NCBI GenBank assembly: GCA_030390025.1
Contig: CM059432.1
Location: 73,906,001 to 73,970,000, forward strand
DNA length: 64,000 nt
Reading direction: 5' to 3'
Origin: Squalus acanthias
Taxonomy: Eukaryota
The number at the start of each line of letters is the position of its first letter. Position 1 is the stretch's first letter. The notes beneath the pieces were generated by a model. The model searched no databases and was not told where the DNA came from. It saw nothing but the letters and a program-made list of their open reading frames with translations. The translations under genes were made by a program, and so were the position numbers. Of the stretch, positions 62,350-64,000 are shown piece by piece.

Positions 62350-64000
62350 TGTAAACAGTTGAGGTCCCGCAGGCTGAGATTGTCACATCAGGTGGTCGCA
62401 GTCATCTGCAGCCTCCAAGAAGAAGACCTGCGACCTGCTACCTGCTGTACCTGGTGGCCATGTATTATCAGTGGCTGTGAAAGTCACCACCGCCCTCAAT
62501 TGTTTTGCCTCTAGTTCCTTCCAGGGCACTACCGAAGATATACTGAGGGTCTCACAGTCTGCTGCACATAAATGCATCAGGCAGGTGACAGATGGATTGT
62601 TTGCCAGGGCTGGGAGTTATGTGAACTTCCCCTGTGATGACAATAGCCAGACTGCAACCACAAGAATAGGTTCATGCAGGTGTGTGCTAGATTTCCTGGG
62701 AGCTGTCATGATGCTTTCATACAGCGTCAGTCCAACATTCCAGACCTTTTCATTCTAGGAACCAGACTTAAAGGCTGGCTCGTAGGAGACACGGGATACC
62801 CTCTTCAAACTTGGCTCATTACACCTGTGAGGAATCCCACCAATGTGGCGCAGGAGCACTACAATGAGAGCCACATGACCACCAGGTGTGTCATAGAGCA
62901 AGCTTGTTTAAGATGCGCTTCCGGTTCATAGATAGGTCTGGAGGCGCCCTTAAGTACTTGCCAGCAAGGGTGTTGAGAATCATAGTGGTGTGCTGCGTCC
63001 TGCACAACATTACGCAGCAGAGAAGATGACAGTTGGAGGATGACCAAGACACTCATCAGGCATCTTCGGATAAGGAGAAAATTGAAGAAGAGGAGGAGGA
63101 ATATAAAGGTAAGGCACCCATCGCCAGACCAGCCTGCGATGCCAGGGATGCCATAATAGCTAGAAGGTTTGGTTAATTATTCTGACTGGAACAAATAACA
63201 AATGAAAGCCATCACCAGCACTAAACACCAGCCCCCCCTTGCCCCCCCGCCACCCCCGCCCCTCCCTTTGCACTAAACAGTCCTTCAACCACACATACAC
63301 CCATTGCACATCTGCGCAATGAGTCCCATCATGAATTGACATTCAGCATCAAACAAGTTAAAGGGCGAGTTGGCATTCGCCTCCTTGCAATATTAGGCAA
63401 GACGTGGAAGTGTGCTAATCAATAAATTTTATGTGGCGTTATAATAAAAAGAAATTTAACAACATAACATTTTGTCAAACACCGATGTGCCTACCCTTGG
63501 TGAATTACAATTCCTTTAACTTACGCTTCCTACCACTTCTACATGGTGCATCTGATATGGCTTCAGCAGAGGTAGAGGCAGGCTGCTGAGGTCCCTGCCC
63601 TGACTGCTCAGGTCCCTGCCCTGACTGCTCAGGTCCCTGCCCTGACTGCTCAGATGCTTTTCACCTACGATACCTGGGTTTTGGAGCCCCTGAGGGCCCC
63701 ACCAAAGATTGCTTCACATGCACCTGTGAAGGGGCAGACTCGGCCATCGGGAGACGGGGTAGCATGTTGGGTACTGACGGGGGGGCAATGAGTGAGAAGT
63801 GGGAGCACACTGAATCAAGTTCCCACTTCCATGTCCCCTTTCGCCATCATCCCATTGCTGGTCCAGTACCACATCACTCCTACCACTCTGCTGCAGACCA
63901 GCTTGGTGAAAATCAGTGATGCATTGTAAGGCCATGGGTAAGGTATCTATCATCCTGTTTAAGGCGGCAAACATGTTGGTATCCAAAGTCTGCATGACCG
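62350..64000 (+). mobile_element. Decayed Harbinger L (transposase 62350-63175 +, Myb exon 3 63500-64000 -), runs off the window
   Basis: AVKVTTALN..SAAHKCIRQVTDGLF, PGSCHDAFI, GDTGYPL, RCVIEQ; 21-bp unit about x3 at 63584-63650. Confidence 0.88.

Overview
Eukaryotic, repeat-dominated DNA, most likely from a shark or other cartilaginous fish (inferred from a SacSINE1/AmnSINE-type Deu-domain SINE plus CR1 and L2 LINEs). I see no prokaryotic genes or CRISPR arrays and no confidently identifiable host gene; there are two weak candidate exons near 10-12 kb. The window is a dense cluster of PIF/Harbinger DNA transposons: about 9 coding or deleted copies and at least 6 MITEs. Each coding copy pairs a HARBI1-like DDE transposase with a convergent three-exon Myb/SANT-like gene. 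Termini follow GG-N4-RAWWTT and the 3-bp TSDs vary. One CR1 is split across about 26 kb by a five-level nest that also contains a ~2.75 kb inversion. Highlights: (i) a Harbinger with both genes intact but its left terminus deleted, 1.7 kb from a two-ended MITE of its own family; (ii) a MITE family carrying a hairpin of two back-to-back consensus 5' splice sites; (iii) two Penelope-like inserts with minimal hammerhead ribozyme motifs; (iv) a solo LTR, a hAT MITE and two SINE-LINE tail pairs. All calls were made by eye. TIR, TSD and splice coordinates were counted directly; edges of decayed repeats are approximate.
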